From Candidatus Moraniibacteriota bacterium (GTDB taxonomy: Bacteria > Patescibacteriota > Minisyncoccia > Moranbacterales > UBA2206): a DNA stretch of 64,000 nucleotides. The notes under the pieces were generated by a model that had not been told where the DNA came from, made no database searches, and saw nothing but the letters and a program-made list of their open reading frames with translations. This document shows, piece after piece, positions 1 to 9,493 of this stretch (the first letter of the stretch is position 1; each line of letters starts with the position of its first letter). Position numbers and translations under genes: made by a program. Location: the NCBI GenBank assembly GCA_013334765.1, contig JAAXWW010000001.1:39816-103815 (forward strand). Reading direction: 5' to 3'.

Positions 1-66
1 ATAAGCTGGGGAAGGCTGACTTGTTTCTCTTTTTTTTCTATCATTATGAGTTGTCAATTGGATGAA

Positions 67-585
67 TTATTGCTCTATTTTGCTTCCTTGCGTCATGGCA
101 AGCTTGATGACCTGCTTTTCTTCTTCTGTTAGGGGATATTTTTCCGATTTGCCGCTGGAAATCGATTTCGAATATACCCTGGTCCCTTCGCGAGTATATA
201 GTGAAGTGATTACGACCCCGTTGTTTTTCCCGTCAAGCATGGCGATGGCGAAGCTCTGGTCGCCCCCGACATCTTTGAACGGATTGAAGCGCAGCGACGC
301 GAATTTGTGCAATCCGCTGAATGCCAAACTGTGGATCTGGTTGGATATGTTGTATAGCTCCTGAATATCCCTGTCAAGTATCTTGATGCTTTCCCCGTGG
401 CTCAATAGCAGTTCTTCGAGATTAGGCTGCTTTTTGCCAGTGAATATTTTCCTGAGGATTTCATGGGTGGAATTTATCTTCTTCCTTGAAATGATGATCC
501 AGATGATGAGGACAATAAAAAAAAGGACATTCCCGAGAATGGATATCAGGGCGAGCAGATTCGGATTCATTATTATGCTGGTCAT
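67..585 (-). CDS. hypothetical membrane-anchored protein, N-terminal TM helix; possibly DUF4446-like
   Basis: 172-aa ORF with hydrophobic N-terminus (LLALISILGNVLFFIVLIIWII) followed by a soluble domain. No catalytic motif recognised. Confidence 0.5.
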   Translation of the reverse strand: MTSIIMNPNLLALISILGNVLFFIVLIIWIIISRKKINSTHEILRKIFTGKKQPNLEELLLSHGESIKILDRDIQELYNISNQIHSLAFSGLHKFASLRFNPFKDVGGDQSFAIAMLDGKNNGVVITSLYTREGTRVYSKSISSGKSEKYPLTEEEKQVIKLAMTQGSKIEQ

Positions 586-786
586 AGGCCTTTGTCATTC
601 TAGACCAAGGCTAGCATTTATATAGGCTCGTGTAAAGGGATAAATGGGCGGAAATACGGCGGGCGAATCTCGCCTTCGCGTATCCATGGCGGACTTCTTC
701 GCGACATGGATCGCTTCAACGGACGAATCCCGCTTTCGCAGGCTAGGCGGACTTCGTCCGCCGTAGCCCGCTTCAGCGGGCGAAGG

Positions 787-873
787 CGGAAGAGGTGGGA
801 TTTGAACCCACGAAGACATTTCTGCCTTGCAGCTTTTCGAGAGCTGTGCCTTCAACCACTCGGCCACTCTTCC
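787..873 (-). tRNA. tRNA-Ser (anticodon CGA), class II with long variable arm
   Basis: Reverse complement gives acceptor stem GGAAGAG/CTCTTCC with discriminator G. Anticodon stem CAGCT/AGCTG with loop CTCGAAA, so anticodon CGA. Long variable arm. T-arm GTGGG-TTCAAAT-CCCAC. Confidence 0.8.
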
Positions 874-1018
874 ATATGTTTCATTTTCACTATTCCAAGT
901 TATAGGATTTTCGGGATATTCGCAAATGCATGCAAATCGATATTTGTTGATTTCAATATTTTATTGTAGAATTGGGCTATAGAAAAAGATAGTATGTAAA
1001 TTTTTTTCAAAGAACAAA

Positions 1019-1591
1019 ATGGAGGAGATAAAGAATGTTTCAATAGAGGGGGGTAGCCTCGGAGCTAAATTCATAGATCCTGAAAAAGTGATTGAGAGCT
1101 TGGAAATACTGCCCGGAATGTCCGTTGCGGAATTCGGATGCGGAACCGGATTTTTTGTTTTTCCGGTTTCCAAGAAGGTATCGGAGAGCGGACGCGTGTA
1201 TGCTCTTGATATCCTGAAAGAGAAGCTGGAAGCAATCGAGTCTCAGGCCAAAATAAACGGGATGAGCAACATAATCGTCAAAAGGGCTAATCTTGAGGCG
1301 GTGGGCGGATCGAAGCTGGAAGAAAACAGCATAGATTGGGTTTTTATGGTCAATATGCTTTTTCAAAACAAGCAAAAGGATCTGATTATCGCTGAGGCCA
1401 AGAGGGTCTTGAAGCCGAAAGGCAAGATGCTCATAATCGAATGGAATGGAAATGATTCTTCTTTCGGTCCGGCAAGGGATATAAAGCTTTCCAAAGAGGA
1501 ATTGCTTGCCCTTGGAGAAGATAGCCAGATGGCCTTTATAAAGGACATCGAAATAAGCGATTTCCATTACGGCCTAATATTCGCAAAATGA
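1019..1591 (+). CDS. class I SAM-dependent methyltransferase
   Basis: Motif I VAEFGCGTGFF and a Rossmann-type layout; 190 aa. Confidence 0.75.
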   Translation: MEEIKNVSIEGGSLGAKFIDPEKVIESLEILPGMSVAEFGCGTGFFVFPVSKKVSESGRVYALDILKEKLEAIESQAKINGMSNIIVKRANLEAVGGSKLEENSIDWVFMVNMLFQNKQKDLIIAEAKRVLKPKGKMLIIEWNGNDSSFGPARDIKLSKEELLALGEDSQMAFIKDIEISDFHYGLIFAK

Positions 1592-2949
1592 AAAAGGAAA
1601 TAAAAACAATCCTGTTGGTTTTCTTCGTTTTCGGAACGCTATTGGTTTCCGGATGCGGATGCAAGCAGTCGTCAAACAATTATCGGATGAACCTCGAGGT
1701 GTGGGGTTTTTTGGATGACAGGGAGGCTCTCTCGGCCGTTTTTGACAATTATAAAAAGATAAACAAGAACATTGCTGGGATAACATATAGGAAGCTCTCT
1801 ACTGATACATACAAGAAAGAGCTGATCGAAGCTTTAGCTTCCGGTCAAGGGCCTGATATTTTCATGATCAGCAATTCGTGGCTTCCTAGCTTTCAGAACA
1901 AGCTCGTCTCTGCTCCAGCCGATATCTTCAACGAGCAGACCTATCGGAACAATTTCGTCGATACGGCTTCTGATGACTTCATTTCTCAAGGATCGATTTG
2001 GGCAGCGCCGCTCAGTGTCGATTCCCTGGGTCTCTACTACAATAAGGACATGTTCAATGTTGCCGGGATAACCTCTCCTCCGAAAACATGGAATGAATTC
2101 CTGAGCGATGTCAAGCTGCTGACAAGAGTGGATAGCGACGGGGAGATAACCCAGTCCGGTGTCGCCATGGGCACGGCATACAACATCAATCGTTCGACCG
2201 ACCTGCTTGGCATGCTCATGCTGCAAAGCGGAACGAAGATGTCCAATGAGGATCTCCAAGTGACTTTCAATAGCGATAACGGAAGAAACGCTCTTAATTT
2301 CTATACCCAATTCGCGAAATCAGCTTCTCCCACTTATTCATGGAACCCCAAGATGCATTATTCCATCGACGCTTTCTCAGAAGGCAAGACGGCTATGATG
2401 TTCAATTATTCATGGCACATCCAGACGATCAGGAGCAAATCCCCGAAGCTGAATTTCGCCGTTGCCAAAATCCCCCAATTCTCGGAATCCGCCCCGGTAA
2501 ACTACTCCAATTATTGGGCGATGACCGTCGCTAAGAACAAGATAGCGAGCGTGCCGTCAGGCAATCCGGCTGTTTCCAACGACATTCGCGTCAAGGAAGC
2601 TTGGAAGTTCATCAGATATTTGACTGCCAAGCCGGACGGGACTTTGGCGGCAGCAGATCAAAGCATCGGAAGCGTGACCGATAAGAATTTCGATCCGGCA
2701 GCGACCTATCTTGAAAAGGACAAGAGCCCCGCGGCCAGGAAAGACCTCATCGAAGCCCAGAAGACCGATCCCGATCTCGGCGCGTTCGCTTGGGGAAACC
2801 TGATTGCGAGGAATTGGAAGCAGGCCGATCCTGAATCGGTCGAACTGATAATGAGCGAAATGATCGATCAGGTCAATAAAGGGAATGCCGGCGTCGATGA
2901 GGCGATAAATGCCGCAGTTTCGAAAATAAACAAATCGATATCGAAATAA
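1588..2949 (+). CDS. ABC transporter extracellular solute-binding lipoprotein (sugar-type SBP)
   Basis: Signal peptide plus lipobox (LLVSGCGC). 453 aa with SBP_bac_1-like composition. ATGA overlap with the upstream gene suggests coupling. Confidence 0.7.
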   Translation: MKKEIKTILLVFFVFGTLLVSGCGCKQSSNNYRMNLEVWGFLDDREALSAVFDNYKKINKNIAGITYRKLSTDTYKKELIEALASGQGPDIFMISNSWLPSFQNKLVSAPADIFNEQTYRNNFVDTASDDFISQGSIWAAPLSVDSLGLYYNKDMFNVAGITSPPKTWNEFLSDVKLLTRVDSDGEITQSGVAMGTAYNINRSTDLLGMLMLQSGTKMSNEDLQVTFNSDNGRNALNFYTQFAKSASPTYSWNPKMHYSIDAFSEGKTAMMFNYSWHIQTIRSKSPKLNFAVAKIPQFSESAPVNYSNYWAMTVAKNKIASVPSGNPAVSNDIRVKEAWKFIRYLTAKPDGTLAAADQSIGSVTDKNFDPAATYLEKDKSPAARKDLIEAQKTDPDLGAFAWGNLIARNWKQADPESVELIMSEMIDQVNKGNAGVDEAINAAVSKINKSISK

Positions 2950-2970
2950 AATAAATAAAAAATATTTTTT

Positions 2971-3723
2971 ATGAAAAAGGGATATTTATTTCTGGGAATC
3001 GTTTTTTCGCTAGGTGTTTTCTTTGGAAGCTTTTCGGTGGCGAAGGCGGCTGAACAATGCTGCATGACATATAACTCTTCCACTGGCTCCTGGGATCTTA
3101 GTAGCGATGTAACTAACTGTACTGGAACAGTAGTTGATTATAGCTGTTCTGGCTCTTCATCAAGTTCCGATGCGTCCAGCGACAGCTCTTCCAGTATGAC
3201 TTTTGCTAATCCCCTCAAATACGATTCCATAAGCGCTTTCCTGACAGCCTTCCTGGAAAACCTGCAGGGGATAGTGGCGACGATCGCGGTTATCTTCATC
3301 ATCATCGGCGGCATCATGTATATGCTTTCAGCGGGAGATCCGAAGATGATTACCCGTGCCAAGGACGCTATTTTCGCTGCCATAATCGGATTAGCAATCG
3401 TTCTAGCTGCTCCGACATTCTTGAAAGAAGTAAGGAATATTCTGGGTGCGAAAAGCAGTTCTTCAGGCGATCAATCTGTCGACTCAGCCCTCAGTCTCCT
3501 GGATATCGCTAACAACGTCCTTACTTTTCTGTTGTCGATTGTCGGTATCCTTGCTATAATATCGATGGTGATTGGAGCGATAATGTATCTGACGGCATAC
3601 GGGGATGAGGACAGGACCAAGACGGGGAAGAAGATCATAACATATTCCCTGATCGGCATAGCGGTTGCGCTGGCCGCGCTCATTCTGGTCCAGCAAGTCG
3701 GGACGCTTCTGGGGAACAGTTGA
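2971..3723 (+). CDS. T4SS-pilin-like (VirB2/TrbC-like) membrane protein, two tandem pilin-like domains, Cys-rich N-terminal region
   Basis: Signal peptide, a Cys cluster (EQCCM..NCTG..YSCSG) and a Ser-rich linker. Two repeats of the TM-hairpin module carry the conserved motif (..MYMLSAGDP..RAKDAIFAAIIGLAIVLAA / ..MYLTAYGDED..GKKIITYSLIGIAVALAA) shared with the next three genes. Confidence 0.6.
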   Translation: MKKGYLFLGIVFSLGVFFGSFSVAKAAEQCCMTYNSSTGSWDLSSDVTNCTGTVVDYSCSGSSSSSDASSDSSSSMTFANPLKYDSISAFLTAFLENLQGIVATIAVIFIIIGGIMYMLSAGDPKMITRAKDAIFAAIIGLAIVLAAPTFLKEVRNILGAKSSSSGDQSVDSALSLLDIANNVLTFLLSIVGILAIISMVIGAIMYLTAYGDEDRTKTGKKIITYSLIGIAVALAALILVQQVGTLLGNS

Positions 3724-3796
3724 TGAAAAAGATAGAATTTGGATAAAAAACAATTTATGCCATGGGCAAGCGCCCATGATCGGAAGGAGGTGTTAT

Positions 3797-4159
3797 ATGA
3801 CGAATAAAACAAAAAAGGTTGCTTATTTCATCGGATCCCTGGCTCTGACTGCTCCTTTTGCTGTTCTTGCCGCCGGTCTCGATCCGACAGCTGGAGGTAG
3901 CACGGGATTGCCGGACAGTTCCCTTACTGATATAGTGAAGAGCATCATGAACTGGCTCCTGATGATGATCGGAGTGTTCGCAGTCATCGGATTCGCTATC
4001 GCTGGAGTGCTGTATCTCACTGCTGCTGGCAATGAGAAGCAAGTCGATAGGGCGAAAAGCGCTATGACCTATTCCATTATCGGAGTTATCGTGGCTATTG
4101 CCGGATTAGTGGCTCTTAAAGTCGCCAATAATATTCTGGGAAGTTCGAACAATTTCTAG
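3797..4159 (+). CDS. T4SS-pilin-like (VirB2/TrbC-like) small membrane protein
   Basis: AGGAGG sits 7 nt upstream of the ATG at 3797. Signal peptide and two TM helices. Motif LYLTAAGNEKQVDRAKSAMTYSIIGVIVAIAG is paralogous to its neighbours. Confidence 0.65.
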   Translation: MTNKTKKVAYFIGSLALTAPFAVLAAGLDPTAGGSTGLPDSSLTDIVKSIMNWLLMMIGVFAVIGFAIAGVLYLTAAGNEKQVDRAKSAMTYSIIGVIVAIAGLVALKVANNILGSSNNF

Positions 4160-4185
4160 CAAGGAAAAACCAAAATAAAAATAAG

Positions 4186-4210
4186 AATCCCCGGAACGGG
4201 ATTTTTATTT
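4186..4210 (+). terminator. rho-independent terminator
   Basis: Hairpin AATCCC-CGGAAC-GGGATT followed by a T-run. Confidence 0.6.
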
Positions 4211-4303
4211 TTACCTAAAAGCAGTCGGGTATATTAGCAAAAAGAGAGGCATGATTTGTCGCTGATACTATCCGTGGTATAATATATTCATCAAATCTAA
4301 ATA

Positions 4304-4705
4304 ATGAATAAAAAAATGAAAAACAAAAATGGGATGCGGTTTCTTGGTTTGGCTGTTTCTTTGCCTATGGGATTGCTGTCGGCTTTTGATGCCGCGAAAG
4401 CCTATGGAGAAACCTATGGCGGTTGGAGCATTGATGATATGACTGGCTATGGGCTTCCAGATTCTACCATTACGCAAATAATCATCGGTATCCTTTCTTG
4501 GCTGCTGGCTATCTTCGGGGTTCTGGGCGTTGTCGGATTCCTTGTCTCGGGAGTCATGTATCTGATTTCTTTCGGCGATGATGATATGATGAAGAGGGCT
4601 AAGAATGGGATGATGTATTCTATCTACGGAATAATAGTCGGTCTTGCCGGACTGGTTGTCATCAGGGCGGCATACACTCTTTTGAATGGAGGAGCTTTCT
4701 TTTAA
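4304..4705 (+). CDS. T4SS-pilin-like small membrane protein
   Basis: Signal peptide, two TM helices, motif MYLISFGDDDMMKRAKNGMMYSIYGIIVGLAG; paralog of its neighbours. Confidence 0.6.
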   Translation: MNKKMKNKNGMRFLGLAVSLPMGLLSAFDAAKAYGETYGGWSIDDMTGYGLPDSTITQIIIGILSWLLAIFGVLGVVGFLVSGVMYLISFGDDDMMKRAKNGMMYSIYGIIVGLAGLVVIRAAYTLLNGGAFF

Positions 4706-4715
4706 ATCAGTGAAT

Positions 4716-5066
4716 ATGAAAAAAACAAAAAAGATAATCCTGACATTATCCTTGGCGGCGCTTCTTTTTTCCTTGAAGGCTCACGCCATAGATTATCCGG
4801 AAGAGACCGGCCTTCCCGAGGGGACCGATATCCAAGGGATTCTGGAAAACATCCTCAGCTGGCTGCTGGGGATAGTCGGAACGCTGGCGCTCATCAGTTT
4901 TGTCATTTCCGGCATGCAGTATTTTCTTGCGACCGGAGACGACAAGGCGATGGGGACAGCCAAGAAAACGATGATGTATTCGATTATCGGCATCATCGTG
5001 GCGCTTTCCGGCTTCATCGCTATTCAGGCAATAAATTCGCTTCTGACGGGAGGGTATTCAGTGTAG
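4716..5066 (+). CDS. T4SS-pilin-like small membrane protein
   Basis: Start at MKKTKKII. Signal peptide ending LKAHA. Motif MQYFLATGDDKAMGTAKKTMMYSIIGIIVALSG. This is the fourth tandem paralog. Confidence 0.6.
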   Translation: MKKTKKIILTLSLAALLFSLKAHAIDYPEETGLPEGTDIQGILENILSWLLGIVGTLALISFVISGMQYFLATGDDKAMGTAKKTMMYSIIGIIVALSGFIAIQAINSLLTGGYSV

Positions 5067-5090
5067 CTTTGTTTTTATGAAAAAAAGAAA

Positions 5091-5126
5091 GGCGCTTGCG
5101 GAACTGATGTCCGCAAGCGCCTTTTG
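5091..5126. terminator. bidirectional intrinsic terminator between convergent genes
   Basis: Perfect 12-bp stem GGCGCTTGCGGA..TCCGCAAGCGCC followed by TTTTGT. It lies between the + gene ending at 5066 and the - gene ending at 5137. Confidence 0.7.
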
Positions 5127-5136
5127 TGATGCCTCC

Positions 5137-6309
5137 CTACTTCTTGAAAATCTGAAGCGGAGAGCATGTTCCCTGACCGCATCTTAGTCTGATGCACATC
5201 TTATTTTCCAGAGAAAAAGAAGGTCCTTTCTTGAAGCTCCTCCCTTCGTCAAAAGAAACTTCTGCGAAGTAAGGGTTTAGGATGTAATTTCCTGGCTGAA
5301 GATCACAGACAACCGTTGCATAGCCATTTTCCAATTTCATGGGCAGGCTTTTCACGGGATCTTCATTTTTTTGATTAACATCCGATTTTGCTTTTTCGGC
5401 AGATGCTTTATCCGAAAGAGCCTGTTGCTCCTTTTGCCATCGATGATATTCATCGACAGTCATATTTTTCTGCGCTGCGGAAATCGCATCGCTATATTCA
5501 GCAGGAAGCTTTTTGCCTGGATTGGCCTTTTGCCATCCTAATGCTTCAGCCAATAATTGGTTATTAGCCGCTTCGGTCTGTTGTGATTGAACATCGCGGA
5601 TCTTGTTTATCAGCTGAGCTGTTGAACGCGGAGTGAAGCTGAGACTATTCAATCCGAGGAACTCCCTTGCTTGAGGAAATCCTATAGATACGCCGGATAG
5701 TATGTAAAACATCAGCGTAGCCGTTATTATCCATCGGAGCAAAACTTTGGACAATGACCATTTCCCAAGCAATGCTAATACTGTTGTTGTCATTAATACT
5801 ATCGTCATGACAACGCTGGAGCTGGCAAAAGCCTCCAGTCCGCATAGATAGTTTTGAAATATGACCAGGAAAAGCAATTGGATCGCTAATACCCACCTGA
5901 TCATGTCGAGGTATAATCTCGTTGCTGGATTGTCTAGGATCCCCGTTGCGGTTGCTGTTTTCGAACTGCCGAACAGCTGAAACGCTGCGCCTGAAAACTC
6001 GATAACTTCGCCGGCAATATGTACCTGCAGTGTCCTCCATGAAAAAACGAGACGCACTGCTGATGCGGCAACTACGGCCACGATGATAACCGATGACCAG
6101 CAAAACAACCTCGCCGATCCACCGATCATAAAGAAATGAAAGCTAGCAATAGTGGCCATTCCCAGTAGGGTTGCCATTGCTACAAAAAGCATTGCCCAAA
6201 ACAGTCTAGCTGTGAATCCCTTAAGCATGCTGCGCAGGGAATTAATCATATATCCAAACATAGCCTTCTCCTCAGAGATTCGCGTTAGGAGCGGAAAAGC
6301 TTTTTCCAC
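5137..6309 (-). CDS. polytopic membrane protein with hydrophilic C-terminal domain (hypothetical)
   Basis: 390 aa. Several hydrophobic helices in the N-terminal 230 aa, then a Q/A-rich linker and a Cys-containing C-terminal domain. Confidence 0.55.
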   Translation of the reverse strand: MEKAFPLLTRISEEKAMFGYMINSLRSMLKGFTARLFWAMLFVAMATLLGMATIASFHFFMIGGSARLFCWSSVIIVAVVAASAVRLVFSWRTLQVHIAGEVIEFSGAAFQLFGSSKTATATGILDNPATRLYLDMIRWVLAIQLLFLVIFQNYLCGLEAFASSSVVMTIVLMTTTVLALLGKWSLSKVLLRWIITATLMFYILSGVSIGFPQAREFLGLNSLSFTPRSTAQLINKIRDVQSQQTEAANNQLLAEALGWQKANPGKKLPAEYSDAISAAQKNMTVDEYHRWQKEQQALSDKASAEKAKSDVNQKNEDPVKSLPMKLENGYATVVCDLQPGNYILNPYFAEVSFDEGRSFKKGPSFSLENKMCIRLRCGQGTCSPLQIFKK

Positions 6310-6914
6310 CAGGGCCGATTTCTGAATTCTTCATCATAATCCCTGGTTGTGTCACTGGCATCCTTCAACATCTGTTCGATCAATGCCTTGAATCCAGCGA
6401 CGTTTTCACACAGGAATGGGAGAACGGATTCCTTCATGAGCCTTTGGAATTTTTCTAGGCTAGTGGACGAATCCACTGCTCCACCAACTGCAATTATATA
6501 CAATATGACCTGTGCCTTATTGGAACAACGCATTCCGATTTCTCTTAGAATCGTTATTCCGGCTCTGACTTTCCCAGGCTCAACATCGTCCTTATCCTTG
6601 AAGGTTACAAGGAGTCTAAAACTCCTTGCGAAATGAGTTCCTTTTCTTGCATCAAAGTATGCCAGATCTAGCATGGCATCCAGCAGCATCTCTTTTTGGT
6701 AGCTGGACAGTCCGCACTCGGCAAGATCTTTCGCGAAAAAGTTTTCATCTTCCCACGATTTGCCGTCGACGAGTCTCTGCTTTATTGCCTCTTGAATCGG
6801 GCTACTGAGCCCTAGGGTTGTATACATCTTTTTGGCTCCGTCCCAAATCTTCTTCAGGAGGACAAAAAGGGCACCCTCGGCCAACGCCTCAGTGAAAAAA
6901 CCAATTATGGACAT
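6285..6914 (-). CDS. hypothetical protein, probably co-transcribed with the downstream membrane protein
   Basis: 209-aa ORF overlapping the next gene by 25 nt. No recognisable motif. Confidence 0.5.
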   Translation of the reverse strand: MSIIGFFTEALAEGALFVLLKKIWDGAKKMYTTLGLSSPIQEAIKQRLVDGKSWEDENFFAKDLAECGLSSYQKEMLLDAMLDLAYFDARKGTHFARSFRLLVTFKDKDDVEPGKVRAGITILREIGMRCSNKAQVILYIIAVGGAVDSSTSLEKFQRLMKESVLPFLCENVAGFKALIEQMLKDASDTTRDYDEEFRNRPWWKKLFRS

Positions 6915-7128
6915 GACGGTATCCCCTCTCGTTTTAAATTGTCAAAGAGCCTAGAGGCTCTCATTTGCCTCATTCTTGCAGGAACATCCTGCAACACCTG
7001 ATACTAGCACAAAACAAGAAAAAAGTCAATGATTGCGATGGCTTGTCTGAGCCAATTTTCCGGCTGTTTTTTTGCGAGCGCAAGCAGGAAACGGAAAATC
7101 CGGCTGATAGCGCCTATTTGAGCCGAAA

Positions 7129-7157
7129 TTGACATAATCGCCTCCAGCTGATATAAT
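7129..7157 (+). promoter_or_regulatory. sigma70 consensus promoter upstream of nusA
   Basis: TTGACA, a 17-nt spacer, then TATAAT, all exact. A leader hairpin GAAGTTCGC-ggga-GCGAACTT follows at about 7185-7207. Confidence 0.65.
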
Positions 7158-7235
7158 GACCCAAGATGAATGTTTGCTAATGGAAGTTCGCGGGAAGCGA
7201 ACTTTGTTTATTAATAAGGATAAAACCATAAAACT

Positions 7236-8537
7236 ATGCCAAGAAAAAAGGTACAGAAGGAAGAAGAGAGCCAGCCAGGAAAGATGGGTGATTTCGGTTC
7301 AGCTATAACCCAGATCTGCGAAGAGAAAGGGATCTCCAAAGATCGCGTGATCGAAACCATCGAAGCGGCTCTGGCTGCCGCATACAAGAAAGACTATGGA
7401 AAGAAAGGGCAGAACATCCGCGCCGCTTTCAACGAAGTCGACGGCGGAACCAAATTCTATTTAGTCAAAGAGGTCGTTGATGAGACCATGCGGGAATTCG
7501 TTGAGGAAGAAGAAATAGAGGAAGGACAAGAACAATCTGAGAGTGGGCATGTTCATGTTGCGGCAGAGCCCGCCTCCATCCCGCTTAGCGGGACTACGGC
7601 GGGTGAAAACGAGGAAGAAAAACTGCCTCGCTTCAATCCTGAGCGAGATCTGACCATGGACGAAGCCAAGGAAATCAAAGCCGATTCCAAAGTCGGAGAC
7701 ATAATCGAAATCGAACTTCCTGAAGAGAAGGATTATGGCCGAGTTGCAGCACAGACTGCCAAGCAGGTCATTATCCAAAGGATCCGCGAAGCCGAAAGGG
7801 ATTCCATGTATGACGAATACAAGAACAAGGAAGGCGAAATAGTGAGCGGCATCGTTCAAAGAGTCGAAGGCAGGAATGTTTTTATTGATCTCGGAAAATC
7901 TGTCGGCGTGCTCTTCCCTAATGAGCAGATGGAGAGGGAAAACTACCGCATCGGGCAAAGAGTGAAGGTATATCTCATGAAAGTCGATTCAGGTAGCAAA
8001 GGTCCCGGCATAACGCTGAGCCGCGTGCATCCCGAAATGGTCAAGCGCCTTTTCGAGCTTGAAGTCCCTGAGATATTCGCTGGAACAGTCGAAATCAAAT
8101 CCATCGCGAGAGAAGCCGGAGAGCGCACCAAGATTGCCGTCTCGTCGACTGAAGAAGGAATCGATCCGATCGGATCATGCGTCGGGCAGAAGGGAACGAG
8201 AGTGCAGGCCATTATCGACGAGCTGGGCGGGGAGAAGATCGATATTGTGCTTTGGAATGATGACATCTCGAAATTCATTTCAGCTGCGTTGAGCCCTGCC
8301 AAAGTCCTTAATGTCAACATAAACGAAGACAAGAAAGAAGCTATCGTGAACGTTCCTGAAGACCAGCTGTCGCTTGCCATCGGAAAACGCGGACAGAACG
8401 TCCGGCTGGCCGCCAAGCTGACCGGATGGAAGATCGATATTTCCGGCGTGGGAGCGGATGAAAGCAAGACTGAAGAAGAAGCTGAAACTGAAGCAGGATC
8501 CGATGCTCAGGAAGCGGAAGATTCCACTGAAGAATAA
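7236..8537 (+). CDS. nusA: transcription termination/antitermination factor NusA
   Basis: N-terminal NusA domain, S1 and two KH domains (GQRVKVYL.., IGSCVGQKGTRVQAIIDELGGEKIDIV, AIGKRGQNVRLAAKLTGWKIDI) and an acidic tail. The start may be the internal M at 7284. Confidence 0.9.
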   Translation: MPRKKVQKEEESQPGKMGDFGSAITQICEEKGISKDRVIETIEAALAAAYKKDYGKKGQNIRAAFNEVDGGTKFYLVKEVVDETMREFVEEEEIEEGQEQSESGHVHVAAEPASIPLSGTTAGENEEEKLPRFNPERDLTMDEAKEIKADSKVGDIIEIELPEEKDYGRVAAQTAKQVIIQRIREAERDSMYDEYKNKEGEIVSGIVQRVEGRNVFIDLGKSVGVLFPNEQMERENYRIGQRVKVYLMKVDSGSKGPGITLSRVHPEMVKRLFELEVPEIFAGTVEIKSIAREAGERTKIAVSSTEEGIDPIGSCVGQKGTRVQAIIDELGGEKIDIVLWNDDISKFISAALSPAKVLNVNINEDKKEAIVNVPEDQLSLAIGKRGQNVRLAAKLTGWKIDISGVGADESKTEEEAETEAGSDAQEAEDSTEE

Positions 8538-8547
8538 TAACTACTTG

Positions 8548-9489
8548 ATGTCAAAAGATATGGCAAAGACTATTATTATAGGGCACAAAAATCCTGACAC
8601 CGATTCGGTTGTCGCGGCTTTGGCTGCTGAAAGATACTATAAGGAAGTCCTCAAGATAGACGCGAAGGCTTATAGTGCCGGAGAGATCAACAACGAGACC
8701 AAGTTCGTTCTGAAAACGCTTTCATTGAAGGCCCCGAGCCTCTTGAAAGCTGTCAAAAAAGATGACGCAGTTGTCCTGGTCGATCATAACGAATCCGGCC
8801 AGATCGCAGACGGGATATCCGCCTCTCAGATCGCGGGACTGATCGATCATCACAAGATTATTTTCGAAACCGAGCGCCCGATATCCATTCGCGTGGAACC
8901 GATCGGAAGCACCTCATCCCTGATTGCGAAGATGTATTTCGAATCAGGCAGGAAGGTATCCGCAAGCCTTGCCAAACTGCTTCTTTCGGGAATATTGTCT
9001 GACACGCTGGGACTATCCGGACCGACTACGACCGATGAGGACAGGAAAATCGTGAAAGCACTCAATAAGATCGCCAATATCGATATCAAGGAATTCGTCA
9101 GCGAGCTGTTCGCTGCCAAATCCAGCCTCAAAGGGATTTCGATCGAGACGCTGATCACCCAGGATTACAAACTGTTCGAAATGGGGCGCAGCAAGGTCGG
9201 TATCGGAGTCTGGGAGACCACCGATCCTGAAAGCGTGAATGCCGAGAAGGCGAAAATCCTCAAACTACTTTTCGAAAAGAAATTCAAAGAGAATCTGGAT
9301 TACATCTTCTTCTTCGTGGTGGATATCATCAAGCAGGGAAGCGTCCTGTATCTCATAAGCGATAACGAAAGCGAGCTTGCCAAGAAGGTTTTCAAGGGAA
9401 AGATCGAGGATAACGGAATGGTTCTTGAGGGAATAGTTTCCAGAAAGAAGCAGATGGCTCCGGTTCTGACCGCGGCATTAAGCAAATAA
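8548..9489 (+). CDS. ppaC: DHH-family phosphoesterase, most like family II (Mn-dependent) inorganic pyrophosphatase
   Basis: IIIGHKNPDTDSVVAALA N-terminus, DHN and DHH motifs (VVLVDHNE, GLIDHH) and a DHHA2-like C-terminal region. Confidence 0.7.
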   Translation: MSKDMAKTIIIGHKNPDTDSVVAALAAERYYKEVLKIDAKAYSAGEINNETKFVLKTLSLKAPSLLKAVKKDDAVVLVDHNESGQIADGISASQIAGLIDHHKIIFETERPISIRVEPIGSTSSLIAKMYFESGRKVSASLAKLLLSGILSDTLGLSGPTTTDEDRKIVKALNKIANIDIKEFVSELFAAKSSLKGISIETLITQDYKLFEMGRSKVGIGVWETTDPESVNAEKAKILKLLFEKKFKENLDYIFFFVVDIIKQGSVLYLISDNESELAKKVFKGKIEDNGMVLEGIVSRKKQMAPVLTAALSK

Positions 9490-9493
9490 TTTT

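Noticed and set aside
595-969. ORFs 595..867(-) and 706..969(+)
   Set aside because: Both lie across the tRNA-Ser gene and its flanks. They are low-complexity, R/S-rich translations of tRNA sequence and are not credible CDSs.
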